Shown here: positions 1-11,368 of the stretch, in pieces
Layout: each line of letters starts with the position of its first letter
How positions within the stretch are numbered: position 1 is the first letter of the stretch
Assembly: GCF_000011805.1 (NCBI RefSeq)
Contig: NC_006840.2
Source: Aliivibrio fischeri ES114
GTDB taxonomy: Bacteria > Pseudomonadota > Gammaproteobacteria > Enterobacterales > Vibrionaceae
DNA length: 32,000 nucleotides
Direction: 5' to 3' (one strand)
Translations under genes and position numbers: made by a program
Notes under the pieces: generated by a model
Database searches by the model: none
What the model was told of the DNA's origin: nothing
Seen by the model: only the letters and a program-made list of their open reading frames with translations

Positions 1-594
1 TTCTTTACAAGCTTTCTCAAGCGGTAAAGAGATAAAATCAGGCACCATATTGGCTAATAAATGGGTATTTGGTTCAACCAAGGTCACCATTTTTCCTGCA
101 TTTGCCAAATCCATTGCGAGCTCTGTACCTATTAAACCACCACCAACAACAAGTACTTTTTTAGACTCCAGTACTTTTTGTTGAATACCAGCAAATTCTT
201 TTAGGCTATTTAACGTCAGGATATCTCCACATCCATCACCATGAAAAGGTGGAATAAATGTTTGAGAGCCTGTCGCTAAGACCAATTTTCCATAAGCATA
301 TTGCTCACCATTTGCAGTAATGGCTTGGATCTCAGTATCTATCGACTCAACCCAAGTGTGCCTATGTAGAATGACATTGTATTGCTCAGCAAAATCCCCT
401 CCAGATAATGTAACTACCTCTTCTGGGCTTTGTTGTTTTGAAAATACGTGACTCAAATCTGGCTTGTTATAATCGTCACCACTGTCATTCGTAAAGACAT
501 GAATTGGACAATCATTGTTAGTTCGACGAATGGTTTTAATTAATTGGTAAGAGGCAAAACCACTACCAATAATAACGATAGGTAAACTCATCAT
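1..594 (-). CDS. norW: NADH:flavorubredoxin reductase NorW, N-terminal 198 codons; the 3' end runs off the left window edge
   Basis: Minus-strand frame is open from the window edge up to ATGATG at 589-594. N-terminus is [24 protein letters not shown] (GxGxxA FAD fold). A second dinucleotide fold, [18 protein letters not shown], is read from the reverse complement of ~115-165. GGAGGA RBS lies at ~598-603, 12 nt after the norV stop. The norV-norW order matches E. coli norRVW. Confidence 0.88.
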   Translation of the reverse strand, partial: MMSLPIVIIGSGFASYQLIKTIRRTNNDCPIHVFTNDSGDDYNKPDLSHVFSKQQSPEEVVTLSGGDFAEQYNVILHRHTWVESIDTEIQAITANGEQYAYGKLVLATGSQTFIPPFHGDGCGDILTLNSLKEFAGIQQKVLESKKVLVVGGGLIGTELAMDLANAGKMVTLVEPNTHLLANMVPDFISLPLEKACKE

Positions 595-605
595 TTATCC
601 TCCAA

Positions 606-2096
606 CTACTTAATTTCCACAAATACGTCTTTACCTAAATGACATTCAGGGCATAAGAAATCATTAGGAACTGAAGACCACGGTGTATTTGGTTCTACAC
701 CTTGATTCGGTTCACCAATTTCAGGGTCATAGACCCAATTACAGACCGAGCAAAGCATGCACTGTTTTGCATCTTTTGATGACGTCACTTCTGTCGCTGG
801 TTTTTCTAGTTCGGCACTTGGTTCAACAAGAACAACCGGTTCTTCTATTGTCTGAATTTTTTTATCGACATTAATTGTATTAAATGTCGTTGTTAATGGT
901 GCTAACGCCCACTGTTTTGCAATAAATTGTCCATGCTCTCGGCATAATTTCATCGCTTGACCATCTGGTCGCCATTTAGCTTTTAAACCTACTGCGGTTT
1001 CAAAACCAGCATCGGTTAAACGTGAATGGATTCGATCAACAGCACCACCATTCCAACCGTAACTACCAAATGCTCCTGCTTTTTTTGCTCTAAATCGAAG
1101 ACCGGCGATCTCTTCTAACATACCCGCAATTTTAGGCATCATTACATTGTTCATGGTTGATGAACCAACAAGGATCCCTTTTGAGCGGAACACACTGGTT
1201 AAAATATCATTCTTATCTTGACGAGAAACATTGAATACTTTGACTGCAACAGCAGGGTCTACATCGTGAATACCTTGGGCAATAGCATCAGCCATCATTC
1301 GAGTGTTGTTTGACATAGAATCATAAAAAATCGTAATACGATCTTCTTGATAATTATCAGCCCACTCTAAATATTGATGAATAATTTGAGTAGGGTTATC
1401 TCGCCATACACAACCGTGAGAAGTTGCAATCATGTCGACAGGTAAATTGAAGCTTAATACTTCTTTAATTTTAGCGGTAACCAAAGCACTGAATGGCGTA
1501 AGAATATTCGCGTAATAACGTAAACATTGATCCATCAATTCTGTTTGATCTACTTCGTCATTAAATAAACGTTCATCGCAATAATGTTGACCAAATGCAT
1601 CGTTACTAAACAGAATTGCATCACCAGTTAAATAGGTCATCATGCTATCTGGCCAATGAAGCATAGGTGCTTCAACAAAGATCAATTGCTTTCCATTACC
1701 AATATCCAATGCATCACCTGTCTTAATTGGATTAAAATTCCACTCAGGGTGATGATGATGTCCGACAATGGAATCAATCGCATTTTCAGTGCAGTAAATT
1801 GGAGTACCAGGGATCTTCTCCATTAATGCAGCAAGCGCTCCTGAATGATCTTCTTCAGCATGATTAATGACAATGTAATCAATGCTCGCAAGATCAATTT
1901 CCATTTCTAAATTTTGAATAAATTGATGACTAAAACGATGATCGACCGTATCAATAAGCACGGTTTTTTCTTCTTGAATGAGATAGCTGTTATAACTTGT
2001 ACCCTTGGTCATTTTGAATTCAGTACCATGGAAATCAGATACTTCCCAATCGCGTTGTCCAACCCAGTTAACATTGTTTTTAATATGAATAGTCAT
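606..2096 (-). CDS. norV: Anaerobic nitric oxide reductase flavorubredoxin NorV (metallo-beta-lactamase-like diiron domain + flavodoxin-like domain + C-terminal rubredoxin)
   Basis: 496-aa ORF. HAEEDH diiron motif; flavodoxin-like middle region; C-terminal rubredoxin with CSVC...CPEC. Divergent from norR and followed by norW. Confidence 0.95.
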   Translation of the reverse strand: MTIHIKNNVNWVGQRDWEVSDFHGTEFKMTKGTSYNSYLIQEEKTVLIDTVDHRFSHQFIQNLEMEIDLASIDYIVINHAEEDHSGALAALMEKIPGTPIYCTENAIDSIVGHHHHPEWNFNPIKTGDALDIGNGKQLIFVEAPMLHWPDSMMTYLTGDAILFSNDAFGQHYCDERLFNDEVDQTELMDQCLRYYANILTPFSALVTAKIKEVLSFNLPVDMIATSHGCVWRDNPTQIIHQYLEWADNYQEDRITIFYDSMSNNTRMMADAIAQGIHDVDPAVAVKVFNVSRQDKNDILTSVFRSKGILVGSSTMNNVMMPKIAGMLEEIAGLRFRAKKAGAFGSYGWNGGAVDRIHSRLTDAGFETAVGLKAKWRPDGQAMKLCREHGQFIAKQWALAPLTTTFNTINVDKKIQTIEEPVVLVEPSAELEKPATEVTSSKDAKQCMLCSVCNWVYDPEIGEPNQGVEPNTPWSSVPNDFLCPECHLGKDVFVEIK

Positions 2097-2135
2097 TGTT
2101 TTTTCTCATTTAATTATTAGCGTTGCTATACATAC

Positions 2136-2152
2136 TGCATCACGCATGCCAA
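2136..2152 (-). promoter_or_regulatory. Sigma54 (-24/-12) promoter of norVW
   Basis: Reverse complement reads TTGGCATGCGTGATGCA, i.e. TGGCAT-N5-ATGCA with GG and GC at the canonical -24/-12 spacing. It lies ~40 nt upstream of the norV ATG (2096) and downstream of the NorR boxes. Confidence 0.8.
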
Positions 2153-2204
2153 CTTTTATCTCATTGTTTTATAAGAAAATAAAAATAAATTCACCCACAA
2201 AAGT

Positions 2205-2260
2205 GTCATTATGACAATCATTTACTTTTGTCAAAACGACACTATAATTGTCAAATTAAC
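2205..2260. promoter_or_regulatory. Three NorR enhancer boxes (GT-N7-AC)
   Basis: GTCATTATGAC (2205-2215), GTCAAAACGAC (2230-2240) and GTCAAATTAAC (2250-2260). All fit GT-N7-AC, share GTCA...(G/A)AC, and are spaced 25 and 20 bp apart. This is the same three-site layout described for E. coli norR-norV. Confidence 0.8.
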
Positions 2261-2283
2261 ACTGTTTATATCACGAGGTTTCA

Positions 2284-3822
2284 ATGAAAAATATTAAAGA
2301 TGAATGGGTTCAAATTGCATTGGATCTCACCTCTGGATTATCAAGCAAAGATCGTTTTGAACGTTTGTTATCAACGATCAGAAATGCCTTAAAATGCGAT
2401 GCTTCCGCTCTTCTATTATTTAAAAATCAGTATTTTTCTCCTCTTGCTACCAATGGCTTAGACGGCGATGTCATTGGTCGTCGTTTTGCTATTTCTCAAC
2501 ATCCTCGTTTAGAGGCGATTGCCCGAGCTGGAGACATTGTTCGATTTCCTTCAGATAGTGATTTACCAGATCCTTATGATGGTCTGATTGCTAACGAAGA
2601 GCGTCAGTTGCAGGTCCACTCATGTATTGGGTTACCTCTGCTGGTTAATGAACGATTAATTGGAGCAGTCACAATAGATGCATTTGACCCTACTCAATTT
2701 GATTCATTTACAAACAAAGAGTTAAGAATAATCAGTGCATTAGCAGCAACTAGCTTGCATACCGCTTTATTGATGGAAAGATTAGAAAATCAATCGGGAG
2801 AAAACTCAAATAACTCATCATTTGAGCGATCACCTGATAATCACGTTGAAATGATTGGTGAATCCCTTGCAATGCAAGAGTTGCAAGCCAATATTAACGC
2901 AGTTGCTAATACAGAATTATCCGTATTAATTACGGGCGAAACCGGTGTGGGTAAAGAACTGGTTGCGAGTGCTTTACATCAAAGATCAACACGAGCACAA
3001 CAAAACTTAGTGTATTTAAACTGCGCGGCATTACCTGAATCCGTTGCAGAAAGTGAACTATTTGGACACGTTAAAGGCGCTTTTACTGGGGCGATCAGTA
3101 ACAGAAAAGGGAAATTTGAATCTGCTGACAATGGTACGCTATTTCTAGATGAGATAGGCGAGCTATCATTGGCTCTACAGGCTAAATTACTGCGTGTTTT
3201 ACAATATGGTGATATTCAACGTATTGGTGATGACAACCATATTAAGGTAAATACACGAATTATCGCAGCAACCAACAAAACACTGAGTGATGAGGTAAAA
3301 AATGGTGATTTTCGTGCTGACTTATATCATCGATTGAGTGTCTTCCCTATTTTTGTTCCACCGCTTAGAGACAGAGGTAATGACGTCACTTTACTCGTTG
3401 GTTACTTTGCAGAAAAGAGTCGTATTAAACTAGCGGCGACGAGTATACGAATCACACCTGAAGCCATCACTTTACTTAATGACTATTCATGGCCTGGGAA
3501 TATTCGAGAATTAGAGCATGTAATAAGCCGAGCTGCCGTTTTATCAAGAGCTCAAAGTGACGATTCTGATTTAGTATTATCTCCCACACATTTCTTAATA
3601 AAAAAAGAAAATCATGCAGAAAAAAACATAGCGAATCAAATTGTTACACCACATTCAAAAAACACCAAAGATCTACGCTCTGCTACGGATGAATTTCAAG
3701 CTAATTTAATTAAAAAAACATATCAAGAACAGCAACAAAATTGGGCTGCAACCGCCAGAGCATTGCAACTTGATACAGGAAATTTACATCGTTTAGCAAA
3801 ACGGTTAAATCTAAAAGAGTAA
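2284..3822 (+). CDS. norR: Sigma54-dependent nitric oxide reductase transcriptional activator NorR (GAF + AAA+ + Fis-type HTH)
   Basis: 512-aa ORF. N-terminal GAF-like region; AAA+ core with GETGVGKE Walker A, GAFTGA sigma54-contact loop and DEIGEL Walker B; C-terminal HTH. Divergent from norVW. Confidence 0.95.
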   Translation: MKNIKDEWVQIALDLTSGLSSKDRFERLLSTIRNALKCDASALLLFKNQYFSPLATNGLDGDVIGRRFAISQHPRLEAIARAGDIVRFPSDSDLPDPYDGLIANEERQLQVHSCIGLPLLVNERLIGAVTIDAFDPTQFDSFTNKELRIISALAATSLHTALLMERLENQSGENSNNSSFERSPDNHVEMIGESLAMQELQANINAVANTELSVLITGETGVGKELVASALHQRSTRAQQNLVYLNCAALPESVAESELFGHVKGAFTGAISNRKGKFESADNGTLFLDEIGELSLALQAKLLRVLQYGDIQRIGDDNHIKVNTRIIAATNKTLSDEVKNGDFRADLYHRLSVFPIFVPPLRDRGNDVTLLVGYFAEKSRIKLAATSIRITPEAITLLNDYSWPGNIRELEHVISRAAVLSRAQSDDSDLVLSPTHFLIKKENHAEKNIANQIVTPHSKNTKDLRSATDEFQANLIKKTYQEQQQNWAATARALQLDTGNLHRLAKRLNLKE

Positions 3823-3938
3823 AAGCAATAAATAAACATATTTTTACCGATATAATTATGTGATTTTGCTCTCGGATCTGTCCCACGCATATTCTTTCTG
3901 TTAGAATCTGCCTCAAGTTTTATTAGTGGTGTTAAAGA

Positions 3939-5063
3939 ATGTCAGACAACAGCCAAAAGAAAGTCATCGTCGGTATGTCCGGTGGTGTGGATTCTTCAGT
4001 ATCAGCCTACCTACTTCAGCAACAAGGATACCAAGTTGAAGGTCTTTTCATGAAAAACTGGGAAGAAGATGACAACGAGGAATATTGTACTGCAGCCGAA
4101 GATTTAGCAGATGCGCAAGCGGTGTGTGACAAATTAGGTATTCACCTTCACACCATTAACTTTGCTGCTGAATATTGGGATAACGTATTTGAATATTTCC
4201 TAGAGGAATACAAAGCGGGTCGTACACCAAACCCAGATATCTTATGTAATAAAGAAATTAAATTTAAAGCCTTCTTAGAATTTGCTGATGAAGTGCTTGA
4301 TGCTGACTTTATTGCTATGGGTCACTACGTTCGTCGTACCTTCCCAACTGCTGAAGAAATCGCTAATGGTATTAAACCACAAATGTTACGTGGTTTAGAT
4401 TCAAATAAAGATCAAAGTTACTTCCTATACACATTAAGCTCAGAGCAAGTTGCTCGTAGTTTATTCCCTGTTGGTGAACTTGAGAAACCAGAAGTACGCC
4501 GCATTGCTGAAGAGCAAGGTTTGATCACAGCGAAGAAAAAAGATTCAACAGGTATCTGCTTTATCGGTGAGCGTAAATTCACTGAATTCTTAGGCAAATA
4601 CTTACCAGCACAACCAGGTAATATCGAAACACCTGAAGGTAAAGTGATTGGTCAACACCAAGGTTTGATGTATCACACTTTAGGTCAACGTAAAGGTCTA
4701 CACATCGGCGGCACCAAAGGCGGTGGCGGTAATGAAGATCCATGGTTCGTTGGTGAAAAAGATCTAAAACGAAACGTATTAATTGCAGTTCAAGGCAAAG
4801 ATCACCCATTATTGAAATCTCAAGGTCTATTGGCTTCTCAACTTCATTGGGTTGATCGCACACCAATTAAAGCACCATTGAGCTGTACGGTTAAAACACG
4901 TTACCGTCAAACTGATATCCCTTGTACTATCATCCCTGTTGATGATGAAAACATTAAAGTGATTTTTGACGAGCCGCAAATTGCAGTGACTCCGGGTCAA
5001 TCTGCAGTATTCTACCTAGACGAAGTATGTCTAGGCGGCGGTATTATCGAAGAGCGTATTTAA
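3939..5063 (+). CDS. mnmA: tRNA 2-thiouridine(34) synthase MnmA
   Basis: 374-aa ORF. SGGVDSS PP-loop, conserved catalytic Cys context (GICFIGER), and full-length similarity to MnmA/TrmU as I recall it. The mnmA-hflD-purB order matches E. coli. Confidence 0.95.
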   Translation: MSDNSQKKVIVGMSGGVDSSVSAYLLQQQGYQVEGLFMKNWEEDDNEEYCTAAEDLADAQAVCDKLGIHLHTINFAAEYWDNVFEYFLEEYKAGRTPNPDILCNKEIKFKAFLEFADEVLDADFIAMGHYVRRTFPTAEEIANGIKPQMLRGLDSNKDQSYFLYTLSSEQVARSLFPVGELEKPEVRRIAEEQGLITAKKKDSTGICFIGERKFTEFLGKYLPAQPGNIETPEGKVIGQHQGLMYHTLGQRKGLHIGGTKGGGGNEDPWFVGEKDLKRNVLIAVQGKDHPLLKSQGLLASQLHWVDRTPIKAPLSCTVKTRYRQTDIPCTIIPVDDENIKVIFDEPQIAVTPGQSAVFYLDEVCLGGGIIEERI

Positions 5064-5074
5064 GGAGTTAACGC

Positions 5075-5692
5075 GTGGCGAACACTTTATTTGACAGAAC
5101 CATTGCATTTGCTGGCATTTGCCAAGCTGCAAGCTTAGTTCAAAAAATGGCAAAAGATGGTCACTGTGATCAAGAGGCGTTTGACACAGCAATTCAATCA
5201 ATTCTAGAAACGAACCCAAGCAATACGGTTGCAGTTTATGGAAAAGAATCAAATTTACGAATTGGCCTAGAGTGCTTAGTTCGTGATTTTGATAATACGC
5301 CTTCAGGTAGTGAATTAACTCGTTACCTTATTAGCCTTATGGCTCTAGAGCGCAAACTGGCAGGTCATCGTGATGGCATGAGTAAATTAGGTGAACGTAT
5401 CGGTACTATCGAACGCCAACTTGAGCACTTTGACATTCACGATGAACAAATGTTGAGTAACATTGCGAGCATTTACTTAGACGTGATCAGCCCAATGGGT
5501 CCACGAATTCAAGTAACAGGTACTCCATCAGTTCTTCAACAACCGATGACTCAACATAAAGTACGAGCTCTATTGTTATCAGGTATTCGTTCAGCCGTAT
5601 TATGGCGTCAGGTGGGAGGCAAACGCCGTCACTTGATCTTTGGCCGAAAGAAAATGGTTGAGCAAGCAAAAATTATTCTCGCTCAAATTTAA
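5075..5692 (+). CDS. hflD: High-frequency-of-lysogenization protein HflD
   Basis: 205-aa ORF with GTG start. AAGGAG RBS at ~5062-5067 overlaps the mnmA stop region. N-terminus is typical of the family ([16 protein letters not shown]). Confidence 0.9.
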   Translation: MANTLFDRTIAFAGICQAASLVQKMAKDGHCDQEAFDTAIQSILETNPSNTVAVYGKESNLRIGLECLVRDFDNTPSGSELTRYLISLMALERKLAGHRDGMSKLGERIGTIERQLEHFDIHDEQMLSNIASIYLDVISPMGPRIQVTGTPSVLQQPMTQHKVRALLLSGIRSAVLWRQVGGKRRHLIFGRKKMVEQAKIILAQI

Positions 5693-5698
5693 AAAATT

Positions 5699-5729
5699 AA
5701 AGCCTACTTGATTTCAGGTAGGCTTTTTC
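5699..5729 (+). terminator. Intrinsic terminator-like hairpin between hflD and purB
   Basis: AAAGCCTAC (5699-5707) pairs with GTAGGCTTT (5718-5726), followed by a T-run. It ends only ~33 nt before the purB ATG. Confidence 0.65.
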
Positions 5730-5752
5730 CTTTAACATTTATACATATCTAG

Positions 5753-7132
<1,380 letters not shown>

Positions 7133-7151
7133 TCGCTACAGTAAACCATTT

Positions 7152-7181
7152 AAAAGGCTGGCATTTTGTCGGCCTTTTTTA
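7152..7181 (+). terminator. Intrinsic terminator after purB (possibly bidirectional with the convergent AraC gene)
   Basis: AAAAGGCTGGC...GTCGGCCTTTTTT hairpin with flanking A-run and T-run, 20 nt after the purB stop. Confidence 0.75.
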
Positions 7182-7199
7182 TTACCTCTCATATAAAAC

Positions 7200-8054
7200 C
7201 TAAAGGCTACTAAACTTCTTCCTGTATTGATTTGGCGTCAGTTGCTTATAATCCTTAAACAAGCGATTAAAATTCGTTTGATTTCTATACCCTACTTGCT
7301 CTGCTACAATTCCAATTGGTAAACGACTGTGAGTAAGTAAATTAGCGGCGTGATTGAGTCTCAGTTTTTTCAAATATTGGCTAAAACTTTCACCAAAATG
7401 AGACTGAAATAATCGATGAATAGTACTTTCACTGGTGCAAAGATGCTCAGCTACATTCAATAATGTAATTGAGTTTTGGTAATTATCATCAATATACTGG
7501 CAAACAAGGTCAATCTTCTCTTTTCCTTCTTTATCCGAGGCCTCTTGCTTTGAAAATAGTTGAAGCGGTCTAGTCTCTTTATCAGAACATAAACAACCTA
7601 GAATCTGAATTAAATAGCCAAGATCATCAAGAATAGAATCTTTAAATAGCTTTTCAATCAATTGATAAACCTTTTCAGCTGTCGAAGTTGAAAAGCACAA
7701 TCCATTACTAGAACGTTTAAATAGTTCCCCCATTCTTCTTAGCTCTGTACAACTGAATATCATATTCTCAACCCACTCCTTTGGTAGCCAAATAATATGA
7801 GATTCACATTGCAGTTCCTTTTCTTCTAACAACTCAATAGCGTGTGGCATCTTAGGGGGAATCAGCCATAATGTATTTTTCTCAATGACTCTCTCAAAAT
7901 GCCCCACCATTCCCTTGGCATTATTTTTCCGAAATAGCACCAATTCATACTCATTATGAAAGTGCCAGTGACAATTTTTTTCAACACCATCAATTTTTTT
8001 ATATCGCCAAGAAGAACCAATACGAATTGGAACTCGTTCTAAATTCGCTTTCAT
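7200..8054 (-). CDS. AraC-family transcriptional regulator (N-terminal cupin-like sensor + C-terminal double HTH)
   Basis: 284-aa ORF. The C-terminal ~100 aa has the AraC/XylS HTH pattern (SITLLNVAEHLCTSESTIHRLF...VGYRNQTNFNRLFKDYKQLTPNQYR). The N-terminus has cupin-like HWHFHNEYELVLF. Confidence 0.88.
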   Translation of the reverse strand: MKANLERVPIRIGSSWRYKKIDGVEKNCHWHFHNEYELVLFRKNNAKGMVGHFERVIEKNTLWLIPPKMPHAIELLEEKELQCESHIIWLPKEWVENMIFSCTELRRMGELFKRSSNGLCFSTSTAEKVYQLIEKLFKDSILDDLGYLIQILGCLCSDKETRPLQLFSKQEASDKEGKEKIDLVCQYIDDNYQNSITLLNVAEHLCTSESTIHRLFQSHFGESFSQYLKKLRLNHAANLLTHSRLPIGIVAEQVGYRNQTNFNRLFKDYKQLTPNQYRKKFSSL

Positions 8055-8220
8055 TTATTGGTACCCATTCACTAAATAATGCTAAAACATGCCTTAATAG
8101 TACTGTTTATTTCATAAAAAAGTAGGGCTTGATGGAATAGTATTAAAAGTAGATTAGTTAATGCTCTTTTTCTTACTTTCTCTTTTTACTATAGAGAAAC
8201 ACCAAAAAAGGAGAATAATT

Positions 8221-8415
8221 ATGAATCGAATAAAAACAATGCTTAAACAAGCCATTAATAACAATAGAAAAGAATGGCTTGCACTCATTACTTATGGATA
8301 CAACATTGAGTCTAAATCAGCGTGGCAATACCTTGGCTACCAATCAAAAAATGCATATTTTTATGACCTTAAAGAAAACCTACATCAATTGCCAACAGCA
8401 CTTAACAATCACTAA
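8221..8415 (+). CDS. Small hypothetical protein (64 aa), divergent from the AraC regulator
   Basis: Same frame as ORF-track 8161..8415. I prefer the ATG at 8221 because AAGGAG sits 7 nt upstream, while the ATG at 8161 has no RBS. A hairpin follows directly. I recognise no family. Confidence 0.45.
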   Translation: MNRIKTMLKQAINNNRKEWLALITYGYNIESKSAWQYLGYQSKNAYFYDLKENLHQLPTALNNH

Positions 8416-8416
8416 T

Positions 8417-8454
8417 ACAAAAAATGCCAACGTAATCTACACTACGTTGGCATT
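8417..8454. terminator. Bidirectional hairpin between the small ORF (+) and the lipoprotein gene (-)
   Basis: AATGCCAACGTA (8423-8434) pairs with TACGTTGGCATT (8443-8454). The A-run at 8419-8424 gives a T-tract on the minus strand, so it is strongest as the terminator of the minus-strand lipoprotein gene. Confidence 0.7.
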
Positions 8455-8480
8455 CATATATTAAAAAATAAGGGAGTAAC

Positions 8481-8909
8481 TTACATTACGCACTCTTGCA
8501 TCTCTTTGGCACTCTCTACGCCTTTTTCAATTAGACTTTGTGCATCTTCATTCGTAATTTTAGACATCACTTTGTTTAGCAGCTTCTCCGCATTTGATTC
8601 TGATGATGCTTCAACCAAACAGCTATATGCATTTGCAATGTGCTCTTGTATCTCAGTCAACGCCTTTGGATTCGTATAATCTGCATTTAATGCTTCATTA
8701 ATCGACTCAGCAAACTCAGATGCAGAACCCACAGCGCCATCAAATTGATCTAAATTCAGTTCTTTAAAATCCATACTTTCTAATTTTGATTGCATGCTAT
8801 CCACGGCTTGGTTTGCTGCATTTTGTGCCTTATCAATGGTTTCACTTGCATCATCACAACCCATTAAAGCAATCGAACACAACAAAGGTAATAGTATTTT
8901 TTTATTCAT
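8481..8909 (-). CDS. Acidic alpha-helical lipoprotein, function unknown
   Basis: 142-aa ORF. Signal peptide MNKKILLPLLCSIALMGC ends in a lipobox (LMG-C). Asp at +2 and +3 after the lipid-modified Cys is the E. coli inner-membrane retention rule. The mature part is rich in E/D/A/S/N. Confidence 0.75.
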   Translation of the reverse strand: MNKKILLPLLCSIALMGCDDASETIDKAQNAANQAVDSMQSKLESMDFKELNLDQFDGAVGSASEFAESINEALNADYTNPKALTEIQEHIANAYSCLVEASSESNAEKLLNKVMSKITNEDAQSLIEKGVESAKEMQECVM

Positions 8910-9149
8910 TTTCTTTCACCATTAAAACGTAATATAGATTCAACTAACCCTCTAAGAATAACAGAAAAGCAATAAATAGAGAGGGTTAGCGTGTGTCTAA
9001 ATATGAATTATCAGTATAAACCTGCAATTGTGAACTTAACGTGAATAACAATAAGAACAAAACTTATAAAACATCCTTTGTTTTATTAAGGATTATTTAT
9101 TTTCCGCCGATAAGTAAGTCTATAAATAATTATTTGGCATGGAAGGATT

Positions 9150-11243
9150 ATGTTCAAATCAATAAAAACACGCATAGCAGTTAGCGCAGGTCTTGCAATA
9201 TTCATCACTCTAAGTACAGCAATGTTTTTTACAACGGTGTCGTATAATGGGGTAAATAAAGAGATCACTCAGCAAGTATCAAATCAACTTGCTGCAAATA
9301 TTGACTATAAATTGTTGTCTATCGCAGACCAACAACGTGCCGAATTAAACGGTCAATTTGCACCTGTAATCAGTAACCTAAAACAGTTACAGTCACTACT
9401 AGAACTATCAAACCAACACCAAGCAAATGCGAGTCTTTTAGTTGAGCAATTCACTTCATCTCTAAAAATTCAAAATGAGAGCGTATTTGCTGGCTACATG
9501 GTATGGGAAGAAGAAAACTTCATTAAAGACGATTCTGAACTCACACAAAAAGCGCTCAATAAACAAGGCATATTATCCCCATTTTTCTCTCCTACAGGTT
9601 CAAGCTTTGAAGCTTTAGGTATGGATAGCTTTAACAATACGTCTTTAAATAATAATGGTGAACGTATTGATGAATGGCATCTAGCTCCTTTTGAATCTGG
9701 TAAAAGCTTTGTAATGGAACCATATTATTACAATGTAAGGGGCAACCAAGAGCTTATTACAACCATCAGCTTACCATTACTTTACAACAATAAAATTGTA
9801 GGTTCATTAGGATACGATTGGTCGATCAAAAGCTTCCAAGAAATCAGTAAAAAAGCAGCTCAATCTATTGGCATCCCTGGCGCTGTTGTATCTATTGCAT
9901 CATGGAACGGTACACTGCTTTCCTTCAGTCAAAATGAAGAATTTGTCGGAAAAAAAGTTAAAGACGATTTCGCCAAAAACTGGGGACAAATCCAACAAGA
10001 AGCTCAGAATAAAACGGCTTTCTTAAAAGACATTGGCCAATTTAAAACCGCGATTGCAACGATTGAAACAGGCTCTAAACCGTGGATCGTTATGGTTTCC
10101 ATACCATCAAATGTATTACAAAAAGAGATCACCGATTTCAATACACTCAGCAATGAGTTAAGTAATAATGCCCTTTCAAACGGTCTGCTGAGCGGTGTAA
10201 TTTCATCGATTATTGGTATTGTTATCATCTTTATTCTAGCAAGACAGATCGGTAATACACTTATGAATTTAACCTCTCGCTTTGAGAATATTGCTCAAGG
10301 TGATGGTGATTTAACTCAACGTATTGATATTGATTCAAAAGATGAAATTGGTCAATTAGCATTCTGGTTTAATACGTTTATCGAGAAAGTTCAAAATACA
10401 TTACATAACGCTAAAGACACGGCTGAATTAGTATCTCAATCTTCAATGAACACCATGGCAGAGACTGAGAAATCACAAGTTAAACTTCAAAACCAAGTAA
10501 ATGAAGTAACTCAGTTGGCAACAGCGATTAATGAAATGAGTGCAACGGCAATGGAAGTGGCTTCATCAGCCCTACAAGCAGCAACAGCAGCAAGCCAGAT
10601 TCAAACAAGCAGCGAAGATGGTCAGAAGATCATGGATAGAGCTGCGGCTTCTGTTGAAGAACTCGCACAATTTATTAATGAAGCTCAAGAACAAGTGGTT
10701 AACCTATCAGCATCAAGCAATGATATTCAAAATATCTTGGCTGAAATTGGAGGTATTGCAGAGCAAACCAACCTACTTGCACTTAATGCCGCTATTGAAG
10801 CCGCTCGTGCAGGTGAATATGGTCGTGGTTTTGCTGTTGTTGCGGATGAAGTGAGAAATCTTGCTAGTCGTACGCAAACTTCAACTCAAGAGATCAATAA
10901 CATGCTTGGGGTTCTACAACAAAATACTCAAAGCATTGTTACTGTAATGGATAACAGCCAAAAACAAGCATTATCAACAAAAGAAGAAACATTAATTGCA
11001 CAAGAAAATCTCAAAGAGATCAGCAGTGCAATTCTGGTTGCTAATGATATGAACAATCAAATTGCTTCCGCAGCTGAAGAGCAAAGCTCAGTATCAGAAG
11101 AAATTAATCGTAATGTTACAAGCATTAATGAAGCAGCTAACGAAGTGCTGTGTGATATGCAAACATCACTAAAAGATACAGAAGAGCTAACCAAAGAAAG
11201 TCATTCATTAACTGAAAAATTGAATGAGTTCAAAACCCAGTAA
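9150..11243 (+). CDS. Methyl-accepting chemotaxis protein with a large periplasmic Cache-type sensor domain
   Basis: 697-aa ORF. Two TM segments (residues ~10-30 and ~345-367) flank a ~310-aa periplasmic domain, followed by HAMP. The conserved MCP signalling hairpin is [35 protein letters not shown]. Confidence 0.93.
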   Translation: MFKSIKTRIAVSAGLAIFITLSTAMFFTTVSYNGVNKEITQQVSNQLAANIDYKLLSIADQQRAELNGQFAPVISNLKQLQSLLELSNQHQANASLLVEQFTSSLKIQNESVFAGYMVWEEENFIKDDSELTQKALNKQGILSPFFSPTGSSFEALGMDSFNNTSLNNNGERIDEWHLAPFESGKSFVMEPYYYNVRGNQELITTISLPLLYNNKIVGSLGYDWSIKSFQEISKKAAQSIGIPGAVVSIASWNGTLLSFSQNEEFVGKKVKDDFAKNWGQIQQEAQNKTAFLKDIGQFKTAIATIETGSKPWIVMVSIPSNVLQKEITDFNTLSNELSNNALSNGLLSGVISSIIGIVIIFILARQIGNTLMNLTSRFENIAQGDGDLTQRIDIDSKDEIGQLAFWFNTFIEKVQNTLHNAKDTAELVSQSSMNTMAETEKSQVKLQNQVNEVTQLATAINEMSATAMEVASSALQAATAASQIQTSSEDGQKIMDRAAASVEELAQFINEAQEQVVNLSASSNDIQNILAEIGGIAEQTNLLALNAAIEAARAGEYGRGFAVVADEVRNLASRTQTSTQEINNMLGVLQQNTQSIVTVMDNSQKQALSTKEETLIAQENLKEISSAILVANDMNNQIASAAEEQSSVSEEINRNVTSINEAANEVLCDMQTSLKDTEELTKESHSLTEKLNEFKTQ

Positions 11244-11269
11244 CATTTAAGCAATTATCCACTCTAATT

Positions 11270-11305
11270 AAACACCAATACTAAGAAAGGTATTGGTGTT
11301 TATTC
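11270..11305 (+). terminator. Intrinsic terminator after the MCP gene
   Basis: AAACACCAATA (11270-11280) pairs with TATTGGTGTTT (11291-11301), followed by a modest T-rich tail. Confidence 0.6.
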
Positions 11306-11368
11306 CTCTGCTGTCATTTCTTTTTTTCATGCTACAATCCTCTTCTATTCATATATCTGAGATTTCAC

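Noticed and set aside
8161-8220. Upstream ATG at 8161 adding a hydrophobic 20-aa extension (MLFFLLSLFTIEKHQKRRII) to the small ORF
   Set aside because: There is no RBS at 8161, whereas AAGGAG is ideally spaced before the ATG at 8221. The extension is encoded by what looks like promoter and leader sequence. I cannot fully exclude it.
10540-10854. 104-aa ORF-track entry ([18 protein letters not shown]...) and similar nested ORFs at 683-874, 1914-2120, 3710-3916, 4579-4866, 5031-5252, 5487-5669, 6477-6707, 8279-8464, 9086-9268, 10004-10228, 13481-13666, 15475-15774, 17491-17673, 20499-20720, 20506-20712, 22502-22702, 23970-24158, 26783-26998, 26845-27039 and 27672-27887
   Set aside because: All lie inside, or antisense to, strongly supported conserved CDSs. 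They have low-complexity or odd composition and lack an RBS. I treat them as frame shadows, not genes.
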